This document shows positions 7,058-15,265 of a DNA stretch of 40,064 nt, in pieces; within the stretch, counting starts at the first letter, position 1, and each line of letters begins with the position of its first letter. The notes below the pieces were generated by a model, which made no database searches, had not been told where the DNA came from, and saw nothing but the letters and a program-made list of their open reading frames with translations. The stretch is taken from IMG/VR virus record IMGVR_UViG_3300012953_000071, positions 1 to 40,064 of that record. One strand, 5' to 3'. The DNA comes from a virus. Lineage: Duplodnaviria > Caudoviricetes. A program made the position numbers and the translations under genes.

Positions 7058-7459
7058 CTAAATAGCTATAGTCTTTTTCTTGTATGCTTCAGATCTTAGA
7101 ATCCAATCATAACCTTTGATTGGATATCGTGCACCCATGCGAGTCCACTCTCTAACTTCAAAAACATATCCATTCTTGTTTGCAAATGTACTAGCCCTTT
7201 GCCAGAACAACCTGCACAATTCCGTATTCTCTTTATAATAGATAGAACGAAAACCAAGAACACCATGTGGCATAATATAAATACTACTACACACGGCTTC
7301 AACTGCAGCAAGTCTACGCTGCTTTACCTTTGGACAGTTTGCTGGATTTCTCCAATTGAATAAAGGAGCCCAGAATTCAAAGGCAGCACCGATATGCTCT
7401 TTACTGCCTGGGATCCATACTCCAATACTCTGAAGTCGTCTTACGATTGCTTCTTCCAT
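7058..7459 (-). CDS. hypothetical protein (133 aa), co-transcribed with the RNA polymerase
   Basis: GGGAGGTG RBS; starts just after the polymerase stop and ends before a terminator. Confidence 0.8.
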   Translation of the reverse strand: MEEAIVRRLQSIGVWIPGSKEHIGAAFEFWAPLFNWRNPANCPKVKQRRLAAVEAVCSSIYIMPHGVLGFRSIYYKENTELCRLFWQRASTFANKNGYVFEVREWTRMGARYPIKGYDWILRSEAYKKKTIAI

Positions 7460-7485
7460 GATATCACCTCCCTTAGGGACGCGGG

Positions 7486-10400
7486 CTACTGCCCACGCCC
7501 CTTGTTGATCCAGTCCCGTTTCAGAGCTGAATTGATATGAGTGATTGGAGTAACGATGATCTCGTACTCGTCAGCACCCTTCTTATCTTCACACAGCTCA
7601 TCCCCGACAATGCCATTGATTACAGACATACATGTGATGCATTCAGTAAGCTTTACACCAGTTACCCTTTCGTGTTTCTTGGCTTCATGCATACAGTCGT
7701 ACATCACACCGGCAAAAGTCACAGCCTCACCATTTGCGATTCTGCTATTAAGCTGCTTCTTCACGTATCTGTGAGTAGCTTTAGCTGCATCGTCGCTCAT
7801 GAACTTGCAAGGCTCTGGCACGTCCATACCAAGTGCTTTCAGGATTGGAGATCCAGGCCAACAGATAGCTCGGAAAGCCCTATTGACCCTGGATGTCTGT
7901 TGTTGCTTCTCCTTCTTCTTGAGGTTTGGCTTGTTCGTGAAGCTAAGCTCACTAACCCAAATCATCAGCAATTCGTCGATAGACAATTTGTTGAGTCCTT
8001 GAATCAGCCTACCATAAGCAGCATCAACTCGCTTCCTCTTCTCCTCGCCTTCATATGCACCAGAGATTGTAGTTCTCATAGCACGTCCGAATGAGTTGAA
8101 TCCAGCCCTATCTCTAAGCTTGTAAAGCTCAGTACCGTCCAGAGGCTTAAGGCTGCTTACCCTCTTACCGTTAGATAAGCGAACACCCTCAGTATCTAGA
8201 GCTTTCAGCAAGACTTCACAAGCAGAAGTACTGTCTTCAGGAGCAGATCTCCAACCCAAAGCAGAGAGCTTCGAGTTAGCCATCTCAGCACAATCATTTA
8301 CGAGGTTGCCGCCATACACAGGAGGTGTATAGTTCCAAGCCTTATACATGACGCTCTTGTTTGACATTCTCCAAGGGATGAGATCTTTAAGCTTCTGCTT
8401 TCTTCCGCAATGAGATTCCCACTCCTTGCCAACCCACTCTTGAACAGCTGATGTGTCGATATGGCCAGTTTCCATAAGTCCACCCTTTCCGTCAGGAATG
8501 ACTTCGTACCAACTCTTGTCAGCCTGACACCTTTCGATATCGACTGTCCAAAAGTTAGACCCTGGGACTCTTTCTTCAGTATCTTCAGGGTTGCACTCAT
8601 ACCAGTTCTCTGGACGAATAAGCAGACTAGGATCAAGCTGAACAACAACTCGCTTAGCACTATCAATCGCAAGCTGGATCATAACAGACATGGCTAAAGC
8701 ATGCATACGCATACCCAAGCTCATGAATGCAGCACGATAGACAGTTAGAATCCCAATGGGACCGCGACCATCTATTGCGATAAGATCCAAGGCTTCTTGA
8801 TTTGGCACCTTGCGAGCAGTAATAGCCTTCATGACTGGATGCTTACAGCTCGGGCATTCATCAAGCGGGTAACGAAGCACATTCATGCCTTTGGCCTTGA
8901 TCGTAGCTCCACAGCCATTGCACAACCATGGATATTGATACATCAGGATCTTGCTGCGAACATCGTTGTCTTGAGACTTAGGCTCAATCAAGTAAGTTGC
9001 ATCAGGACCATGAGGTCTAGCTACAGACGCTTTTGCCATAGCAACAATGTCCCACCTGTCATCAACCAGGACCCTATCACCATCGTCATCACCCATAAGC
9101 CAGTGAGTAGCCATTGTGCTGTTCATGAAAACAACACGGTTGGGAGGTGCAGTATTGCCACGACCATTGCTAATAAGCATATGCTCTAATGGCTCTACAA
9201 TCTTCCCAATGACAATCATCTGAGTCTGAATGCACGGGTATCTCGTGATGAATACTTCGCTTCCAATCCTATTGTGGACCTTCCACCTTGTAATCACTAC
9301 TTTCTTCCCATCTGGAGTCAGCTTTGCTTTCGCAGGATAGTCTGGATCGAGAGTGTATCGCTCGATACATTTGCCAAGAAGATCCGCTATGTCGACTTCT
9401 CCTTCTGGAACAGCCTCTTCGAACACCTCCTTGACCTTCTCCTCACGAAGAACAACCTCCTTATCCTTAAGACCGTCATCGATAACGATAGTATAAGTTG
9501 GAGATTTGATTCCCCCACCTTGAACTACCCGATAACAAGCCTTGCCAAGCTCCATCTCGACAGATGCAGCAATAGCTGGAATCGACATTGGATCCAGGTC
9601 AAGCCGCCTGCACAGATCGACGTTGAACTTCGTCAGCATATCAGTGTCGCAGAGACGATTCAGAATTGCTTCTTCAGCACCGTCTTCTTTGAACTTCTTG
9701 ATCCACCGATCTATATGTAGTCCAATCGTTGTCCTGCTCGCAGAAGTAGCAGTCATATTCTCAATGATCTGATAGCCCCAGCTAGTTCGATCATCCTTGA
9801 ATGATTTCTGCCACTTATTGATGACTGTCATTGATCCGCTATAAGACTGGAATTCTCCAATCTTGAGAGACTTAGTCTCCTTGCGATTCTTATACCTGCC
9901 CTTAACCTGCGACTTATCCATCCAGATTGCAGGATTGCCATCGTGATCGAGAGCACGATCATCAGCTACCAGGATACCCTTGCAGAACCTTCCAGTTTCG
10001 ATCTCTATCCATCGAATTTGAATTGAACCACAATCTCCACCACTGATGCCGAGCTTATGCCAGAGCCAGTGCTTGGTATGGATAAGTCCACACCCATCAC
10101 TGCCGCGAGGTATGACTTTTCTTGAGCTTTTCTTCTTGCCCCTCGTGTAGGATGGAATCTGAGTAACCATGATCTCCACAGTTTCACAGAAGCCATTGCC
10201 TACTGCAGGAGCAGCAAGTCCACTGAGATATGCCCTCATATCAATTGCTTTCGGAAAGGCACGATTAAGAATTGGCAGCAAAGCCAAGTCAAAGGCATGC
10301 TTTCCTTTCACAATCGCAAAAGGTCTAGTCCGGGTACCCTTCCTCGGGTGCACAACGCTATTCCTAGCCTCACGCACTAGAGTCATTGGGACTTCCAGCT

Positions 10401-10914
10401 TCCCGTGATCTTCTGCAATCTCCTCATCATCCTCTGTTCGAAGATGAATCAGTGGGACTGCAACAGAAGCGCACAGTCTTTCCCATGGTGTAGGAACTCT
10501 TCCATCAATCTCCTTTCGACGACCAGAAGCAGATGCTTCTTGAATCATCATCTTTAGAAGGCCATGGATTCCAATTCCATTCTTCATTGCAATCCTTGTG
10601 TAAGGATTACTGCTGTCACCAGTCCAATGCAATGTCCACATACCGACATTACCATAGAACTTCCTCGCAGCTTGTCGAGCTTCATACTCTGTTCGCTTTT
10701 TCTGATGCCTTTCATTATCAAGCATGCGGTTTCTCTCCTCTTTGTTGTTGTTGACACTCATGGTGTCCTCCTGGTTGTTGGGGTTGTCTGCCATGCTGTA
10801 AGTCTCGCAATCCAGGCAGAATGTTTTGCAAGAGCCGTCACTCTGAACTTGAATGTCGGCAATGTTGTGACTGCCACAGTTGGGACAGCCAGGGGTTGTT
10901 GTTGGGGAACTCAT
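7486..10914 (-). CDS. single-subunit double-psi beta-barrel RNA polymerase (YonO / QDE-1 cellular RdRP-like)
   Basis: Ordered motifs SDGCGLI, IQIR...KGIL, SQVK, ITRYPC, catalytic GDDDGD, GIL...AIDSAK match the cellular RdRP/YonO signature (DGxGxI, QxR..KG, RxP, GDxDGD, AxDxxK). Confidence 0.85.
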   Translation of the reverse strand: MSSPTTTPGCPNCGSHNIADIQVQSDGSCKTFCLDCETYSMADNPNNQEDTMSVNNNKEERNRMLDNERHQKKRTEYEARQAARKFYGNVGMWTLHWTGDSSNPYTRIAMKNGIGIHGLLKMMIQEASASGRRKEIDGRVPTPWERLCASVAVPLIHLRTEDDEEIAEDHGKLEVPMTLVREARNSVVHPRKGTRTRPFAIVKGKHAFDLALLPILNRAFPKAIDMRAYLSGLAAPAVGNGFCETVEIMVTQIPSYTRGKKKSSRKVIPRGSDGCGLIHTKHWLWHKLGISGGDCGSIQIRWIEIETGRFCKGILVADDRALDHDGNPAIWMDKSQVKGRYKNRKETKSLKIGEFQSYSGSMTVINKWQKSFKDDRTSWGYQIIENMTATSASRTTIGLHIDRWIKKFKEDGAEEAILNRLCDTDMLTKFNVDLCRRLDLDPMSIPAIAASVEMELGKACYRVVQGGGIKSPTYTIVIDDGLKDKEVVLREEKVKEVFEEAVPEGEVDIADLLGKCIERYTLDPDYPAKAKLTPDGKKVVITRWKVHNRIGSEVFITRYPCIQTQMIVIGKIVEPLEHMLISNGRGNTAPPNRVVFMNSTMATHWLMGDDDGDRVLVDDRWDIVAMAKASVARPHGPDATYLIEPKSQDNDVRSKILMYQYPWLCNGCGATIKAKGMNVLRYPLDECPSCKHPVMKAITARKVPNQEALDLIAIDGRGPIGILTVYRAAFMSLGMRMHALAMSVMIQLAIDSAKRVVVQLDPSLLIRPENWYECNPEDTEERVPGSNFWTVDIERCQADKSWYEVIPDGKGGLMETGHIDTSAVQEWVGKEWESHCGRKQKLKDLIPWRMSNKSVMYKAWNYTPPVYGGNLVNDCAEMANSKLSALGWRSAPEDSTSACEVLLKALDTEGVRLSNGKRVSSLKPLDGTELYKLRDRAGFNSFGRAMRTTISGAYEGEEKRKRVDAAYGRLIQGLNKLSIDELLMIWVSELSFTNKPNLKKKEKQQQTSRVNRAFRAICWPGSPILKALGMDVPEPCKFMSDDAAKATHRYVKKQLNSRIANGEAVTFAGVMYDCMHEAKKHERVTGVKLTECITCMSVINGIVGDELCEDKKGADEYEIIVTPITHINSALKRDWINKGRGQ

Positions 10915-10991
10915 GATATTTACTCCTTAATCATGAGGTTGTGTGTAGTTTTGGATAAACGAACAAAATGGACTACACCAAACCATTTCAT

Positions 10992-11032
10992 CCGTTAAAA
11001 AAAAGAGGGAGAGGCCGTTAAGCCTCTCCCTC
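10992..11032 (-). terminator. terminator plus conserved TTTAAYGG junction
   Basis: GAGGGAGAGGC/GCCTCTCCCTC stem then TTTTTTTTAACGG. Confidence 0.85.
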
Positions 11033-11047
11033 AAACCAACAGTTTAT

Positions 11048-11299
11048 TCATCGCTTCCGAGCAAACACAGCATCAATGGCGTCGTCCATCTCCTGGTGGC
11101 ACGCAGCATCGTGGATCGCTTCCAATCCCGCCATCACTACATGTGAGGCAAAGCCGATGTTCTCCTCGTCGTCGATGGTCACATCAAGGATCTCGTCGGT
11201 CACACCTGGCAAACGCTGTGCCTTCGACTCCTTGATTACTTTGGCTTCTTGCTTCTTCTCTGTTACGTCAATAAGACGCATCATCTGGGCTATAGTCAT
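11048..11299 (-). CDS. hypothetical protein (83 aa)
   Basis: GGAGG RBS before ATG at 11299; fills the space between two terminators. Confidence 0.75.
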   Translation of the reverse strand: MTIAQMMRLIDVTEKKQEAKVIKESKAQRLPGVTDEILDVTIDDEENIGFASHVVMAGLEAIHDAACHQEMDDAIDAVFARKR

Positions 11300-11335
11300 G
11301 TTACCTCCATGACTCATGGTTGTATGGCATTAGTG

Positions 11336-11376
11336 CCGTTAAATAAAAAAGAGCCCCACCCTAAGGTGAGGCTCTT
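11336..11376 (-). terminator. terminator plus conserved TTTAAYGG junction
   Basis: Hairpin with a G-U pair on the minus strand then TTTTTTATTTAACGG. Confidence 0.85.
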
Positions 11377-11379
11377 CTT

Positions 11380-11709
11380 TTAGTTTCTGAAGTAGTTCAA
11401 CTGACTGCACTCAAGGCAAGCGACAATGTAGGTATCGCCTACCTTTTCGAAGTCTTTCACGCTGTGGTTGGGGTAATGCTCCCCACAGTGAGCGCATTCA
11501 AAGCTGACTACCTCGCCATCTATGTAAGTCAATGGATCTTCTCTTGGATCCTTTGGTGGAGTCATCGTTTGAATGACTTGGTGCCTTTTTGTCTTCTTAG
11601 CACCAACATACACTCCGCAAATCCCGCTATCATTGCCGGGCTCTCCGCAAAGTATGCTTTTACCTACAAAGTGGAACCTTTTGCTTCCTGGATGTCTATA
11701 GCACCCCAT
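11380..11709 (-). CDS. small zinc-ribbon protein
   Basis: GAGGAGG RBS; CAHC...CLEC pair near the C-terminus. Confidence 0.7.
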   Translation of the reverse strand: MGCYRHPGSKRFHFVGKSILCGEPGNDSGICGVYVGAKKTKRHQVIQTMTPPKDPREDPLTYIDGEVVSFECAHCGEHYPNHSVKDFEKVGDTYIVACLECSQLNYFRN

Positions 11710-11890
11710 CTTCCTCCTCCTCTGGTATTGCGAACCAATATGGTTCAATTCCTCGAATCTTGCAGATAGTCAACTCTACAAGATAGCCAATTTTGAACAG
11801 TAGCAATATGCATAATGCCCACATATAAGCCAAGAGTCCATACAGGGTTATTAAGATAAGCAACCCCAAGACCAAGTATAAATACGCTAT
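11696..11890 (-). CDS. small membrane protein, probable non-canonical ATA start
   Basis: AGGAGGT-GTATC-ATA in frame with a long hydrophobic ORF; the ORF-track start lies across a terminator. Confidence 0.6.
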   Translation of the reverse strand: MAYLYLVLGLLILITLYGLLAYMWALCILLLFKIGYLVELTICKIRGIEPYWFAIPEEEEDGVL

Positions 11891-11910
11891 GATACACCTC
11901 CTAGTTGGTA

Positions 11911-11950
11911 TCGTTAAATAAAAAAGGAGGTCCCCCGAAGGGGACCTCCT
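11911..11950 (-). terminator. terminator plus conserved junction
   Basis: AGGAGGTCCCC-TTCG-GGGGACCTCCT then TTTTTATTTAACGA. Confidence 0.85.
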
Positions 11951-11980
11951 CACTAGCTGTCACACTAGCTCTCTTCTCGA

Positions 11981-13150
11981 CTACGCAGTAGCCTTCTCCA
12001 TGGATGTCTTGACTGCCTTTGCAACCAATCCACGCAGCTTCGACCAATTCTTGATCGATTCCCATTCAGGATTGAGTTCCTGAACGACTGCTGTCAGGTG
12101 AGGATCATTACCGATCATTTCCTTTAGAGTAGCGACTCCATTGGGCAGATTCAGCGCATTGCCTTCTCTCCCGCAATCTGAGTCGACAGACTGCTGCTTC
12201 AGATTGTACTCGTGGTACTTTTCCGCAACTGCCTCGTAGTGAGCATCGATCTGGAGACGAATCTCTTCCTTCTCCTTTTCGATTTCCTCTACCTCTACTA
12301 CTGTAGCTCCAACCTCATCATCGACAGGATCGACAACTTCAGTATCAGCTTCAGTCATCCGAGTCTCTTCCATGACCTTGTTGGCATTCTCCATCATAAT
12401 TGATGGAGGCAACTCAATCACAGGCTCGTTCTCGAAAGGCTCCGTCACCTTGGGATCAGCATCAAGAACATCCTGATGCATCATCTTTGGCTCTGGAACA
12501 AGTGTCGGATCCAAGTCCCGTACCACTTCAGTCAAGGTATCAAGCTTACCATTGGTCTCCTTCAAAAGCTCGATAACAATATCAAGCTTAGAAGGTCCAA
12601 AGATACGGCTTCGAAGACTTTGCTTTGGCTCTGCAAGAACTTCAGCTTTGACTTCTTCCACCTTGACTTGAGCTTTCTCAGCCTTGACCTTGACCTTAGC
12701 TTCAGAGCGCTCCTCCATGTAGCTGTCGAAAGCAATCTTCTTCAGCTCACAGAAAGACTTAAAGCCTTCCCACTTGCTTTGGATTACACTTCCAGCATCT
12801 ACAATCTTGGAGCGAACATAGCTGTAAGCACCCACTACCATGTCAATGACTGTGGTGTAAGCGAATACAATTGCATTCCATCCAATTTCAAGACCATTTA
12901 CAATAATGTCTGTGGTCCGGTAACCGACATTCCGAAGAATATCGAAGTTGTTGTTGTTGTTGCCCATTTTTTCTCCCTCCTCAGGGATTTGGGGGTTGAT
13001 GATAGCGGACCATTGCTTTTGGCGCTGATCCATCTTCCAGTTTGAGATCCAGATCATTCCGAATACGCAAGCTGAAAGGATTGAGTAAGACACAAAGACG
13101 AACCAGAATAGCTCATCTTGTGCCATGACATTAGAGATATATGTAAACAT
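11981..13150 (-). CDS. acidic coiled-coil protein with N-terminal TM segment (second in-frame start at 12967)
   Basis: AAGGAGAGG RBS at the first start; GAGGAGGG RBS at internal MGNNNNN; E/K-rich body. Confidence 0.8.
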   Translation of the reverse strand: MFTYISNVMAQDELFWFVFVSYSILSACVFGMIWISNWKMDQRQKQWSAIINPQIPEEGEKMGNNNNNFDILRNVGYRTTDIIVNGLEIGWNAIVFAYTTVIDMVVGAYSYVRSKIVDAGSVIQSKWEGFKSFCELKKIAFDSYMEERSEAKVKVKAEKAQVKVEEVKAEVLAEPKQSLRSRIFGPSKLDIVIELLKETNGKLDTLTEVVRDLDPTLVPEPKMMHQDVLDADPKVTEPFENEPVIELPPSIMMENANKVMEETRMTEADTEVVDPVDDEVGATVVEVEEIEKEKEEIRLQIDAHYEAVAEKYHEYNLKQQSVDSDCGREGNALNLPNGVATLKEMIGNDPHLTAVVQELNPEWESIKNWSKLRGLVAKAVKTSMEKATA

Positions 13151-13189
13151 ATGCCTCTCCTTCTTGTTGTTGGTTGTAGTTATTGAGGA

Positions 13190-14128
13190 TGATGTTTAAA
13201 CTCATCTCTGAGCGGACTATATTAAGGCAGAGCCAGGATCCTGTACCATCGGACCCTTTAGTTTTGTGCTCCGAAGAGCTAGACCACAGAAATAATGGCC
13301 TAAATTCAGGCTTAGTGGATACTTGTTACCTGCAAGTATCTACCCTCACGCCTGCCGAGGTGTAGTTGAAGCCATTGACCAGACCAGTCTCGTCTGATGT
13401 AGCTCTTCTCCACTACACAAGGCTCACCTAAATCTTTCGCTCATTAGGTGCGTCAGTTATCGTGTGTTGCTTTCAATATGGCAACAAGGGAGAAGATCTC
13501 CCCCTCTACTCTAGCTTTTCATTCCGGGACTGAGGAAGCCCGTGTAACGGCTTACGTTGCGTTACTTCACTTTTGTTAACCTGCTGGCAAGTAAAGCCAA
13601 CACCTTGAATCTCGTCAAGGACCCTATCAATTACAACCTTCAGGTACCGTCAGGTAATAATTGGACTATTGCTCGGATGTTCCCAACTACAACTCTTTCT
13701 CAAGAGTTAAAGCTTCGTTGAATTACACCTCTGCAAATCGTAGCACTCTTTTGGATCCCTACAGGATGGGATGCTAGTTCCCAAACGTAGAGTTCCTACA
13801 AGCAGACCAAGTACATTGCTTTAATGTAGAATCGTACCCTCAGTAGATCTCTCTATAGTAAAGTATTCTTCAATGTTGGCTTGCTTGAGTCAGAAACCAC
13901 TCTGACAAAGCCCCAGTTTTCACCAGGAGCCCATATCGCTATGAGCTGCATATATGCTCCCCCACCACAGGGGAAGCCTAGCTATCTTCCTTTCATGGGA
14001 TGCTACCCCCAATCAAGGCCGTTCACTAAGCCACGATCTTCTACGTTCAACCGTACACAGGTGCTATGCATATCGTCACACTCCGAAGAGCAATGGTAAG
14101 TAAGCACTGACGTACCTACTCTAGCACC
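13190..14128 (-). ncRNA. candidate large structured non-coding RNA (about 0.95 kb)
   Basis: No credible ORF; more than a dozen hairpins; two GCTC-TTCG-GAG tetraloop stems (13268..13279, 14080..14091); first helix GGTGCTA/TAGCACC (14128-14122 with 14066-14060) starts exactly at the junction motif. Confidence 0.6.
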
Positions 14129-14167
14129 GTTAAATAAAAAAGGAGGAGCCCTTACGGACTCCTCCTT
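14127..14167 (-). terminator. terminator plus conserved TTTAAYGG junction
   Basis: AAGGAGGAGTCC-GTAA-GGGCTCCTCCTT then TTTTATTTAACGG. Confidence 0.85.
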
Positions 14168-14189
14168 ATATACACCCATACTACTCACT

Positions 14190-14516
14190 CTACTGCAGCA
14201 ATCCTTGCTCACCATGCAGAATCTGTGTGATTGCATTGCAGTGCTGCTCTGCCTTCTCCTGATGGTTTGCCCTTTGCATGAAGCCAGGAACTGATTTCTC
14301 CTGATCCAGGCACAGGCAATACTCTTCTGCTTCCTCGTACTCTTCAGGAGTATTGTCGTAGCCTATCTCCTTGGTGATGCAGGCAGGCACACCTCCATCG
14401 CTTGGATAGAAGTTCTCATCTCTACTCACCGAGAACAATAGCACAATCAGTGCAAGTGCGAGCAGCAATACTACTCCTGCTTGCTCTGCTATCATCATCA
14501 TACGCTGTCTTTCCAT
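14190..14516 (-). CDS. membrane-anchored/exported Cys-containing protein
   Basis: AGGAGG RBS; N-terminal hydrophobic anchor; four Cys in the soluble part. Confidence 0.75.
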   Translation of the reverse strand: MERQRMMMIAEQAGVVLLLALALIVLLFSVSRDENFYPSDGGVPACITKEIGYDNTPEEYEEAEEYCLCLDQEKSVPGFMQRANHQEKAEQHCNAITQILHGEQGLLQ

Positions 14517-14531
14517 GGTAAACCTCCTATA

Positions 14532-14762
14532 TTAGTTACCATTGTTGATTGATCTATCTAGCTCCCTTAGATACAAGGGTAAGCTTAGTACAAGAACGCT
14601 CAGTGTGAGTATAAAGGGTACGTTGAATACAGAGAATGAGAGCATTACATCTACATCTGGTACTAGCATCAGTATATGCCAGCCTACATACAGACATGCA
14701 ATCTCTATAGCAACGATAGCTATATACACTAAACAGAACTCAAGCTTACTGAAGTTACTCAT
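14532..14762 (-). CDS. small membrane protein (two TM segments)
   Basis: GGAG RBS; two hydrophobic helices. Confidence 0.75.
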   Translation of the reverse strand: MSNFSKLEFCLVYIAIVAIEIACLYVGWHILMLVPDVDVMLSFSVFNVPFILTLSVLVLSLPLYLRELDRSINNGN

Positions 14763-14789
14763 AACAACTCCATAGTTGTGGCCTAATTG

Positions 14790-14835
14790 CCATTAAATAA
14801 AAAGAAAGGAACCCTGTGTTACCAGGGCTCCTCTC
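14790..14835 (-). terminator. terminator plus conserved TTTAAYGG junction
   Basis: GAGAGGAGCCCTG...CAGGGTTCCTTTC then TTTTTATTTAATGG. Confidence 0.8.
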
Positions 14836-14860
14836 TACTGAGCTGCTTCTATCCCTTGCC

Positions 14861-15265
14861 TTATGAGCTAAGCTTTGCTCCATAGTGCAGTACTCCCTTG
14901 TACAGCACGTATGCAACTACGACTACAGGGCCTGTGCACCACAATCTTGTATCACTATAGATGACCATAAGCGGTACTCCAGACAGTACAACTGCGAATA
15001 TCGATACAATCTTCCATACACCTCTAACTCCCTTCCCTCTTCTCCACCGTCTCTCATGTTGGCCACGGATAACCCTTCCATTCCAAGTCTTGTTGCTCTT
15101 CTCCAGGAAGATCCACTTCAGTAGATCAACCAATGCCTCTGCATATATATTGATCATGTTGATTGTTCTTGTCCAGTCGAGCAGCATCCACTTCAGTATT
15201 AGAAGTAGTGACATGATGAAGTTGGGGTTTCCTGCTCTCTTCTCTTTCTTGAGTGATACACTCAT
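14861..15265 (-). CDS. basic membrane protein, first gene of the left arm
   Basis: AAGGAGGT RBS; hydrophobic segments with an Arg/Trp-rich loop. Confidence 0.75.
   Translation of the reverse strand: MSVSLKKEKRAGNPNFIMSLLLILKWMLLDWTRTINMINIYAEALVDLLKWIFLEKSNKTWNGRVIRGQHERRWRRGKGVRGVWKIVSIFAVVLSGVPLMVIYSDTRLWCTGPVVVVAYVLYKGVLHYGAKLSS

Noticed and set aside
7537-13045. Numerous + strand ORFs opposite the polymerase and the 389-aa gene
   Set aside because: Shadow ORFs from codon bias of the real minus-strand genes.
13213-13395. Group I intron-like P7 pair on the minus strand (GAGACTG with AATATAGTCC)
   Set aside because: I could not trace P3/P4/P6 or flanking exons, and GAGACTG also fits inside a local CAGAC/GTCTG hairpin. 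A covariance-model scan would be needed.
13183-14236. ORF-track entries 13183..13365, 13881..14099 and 14003..14236
   Set aside because: Antisense to the arm or crossing a strong terminator, with no RBS.
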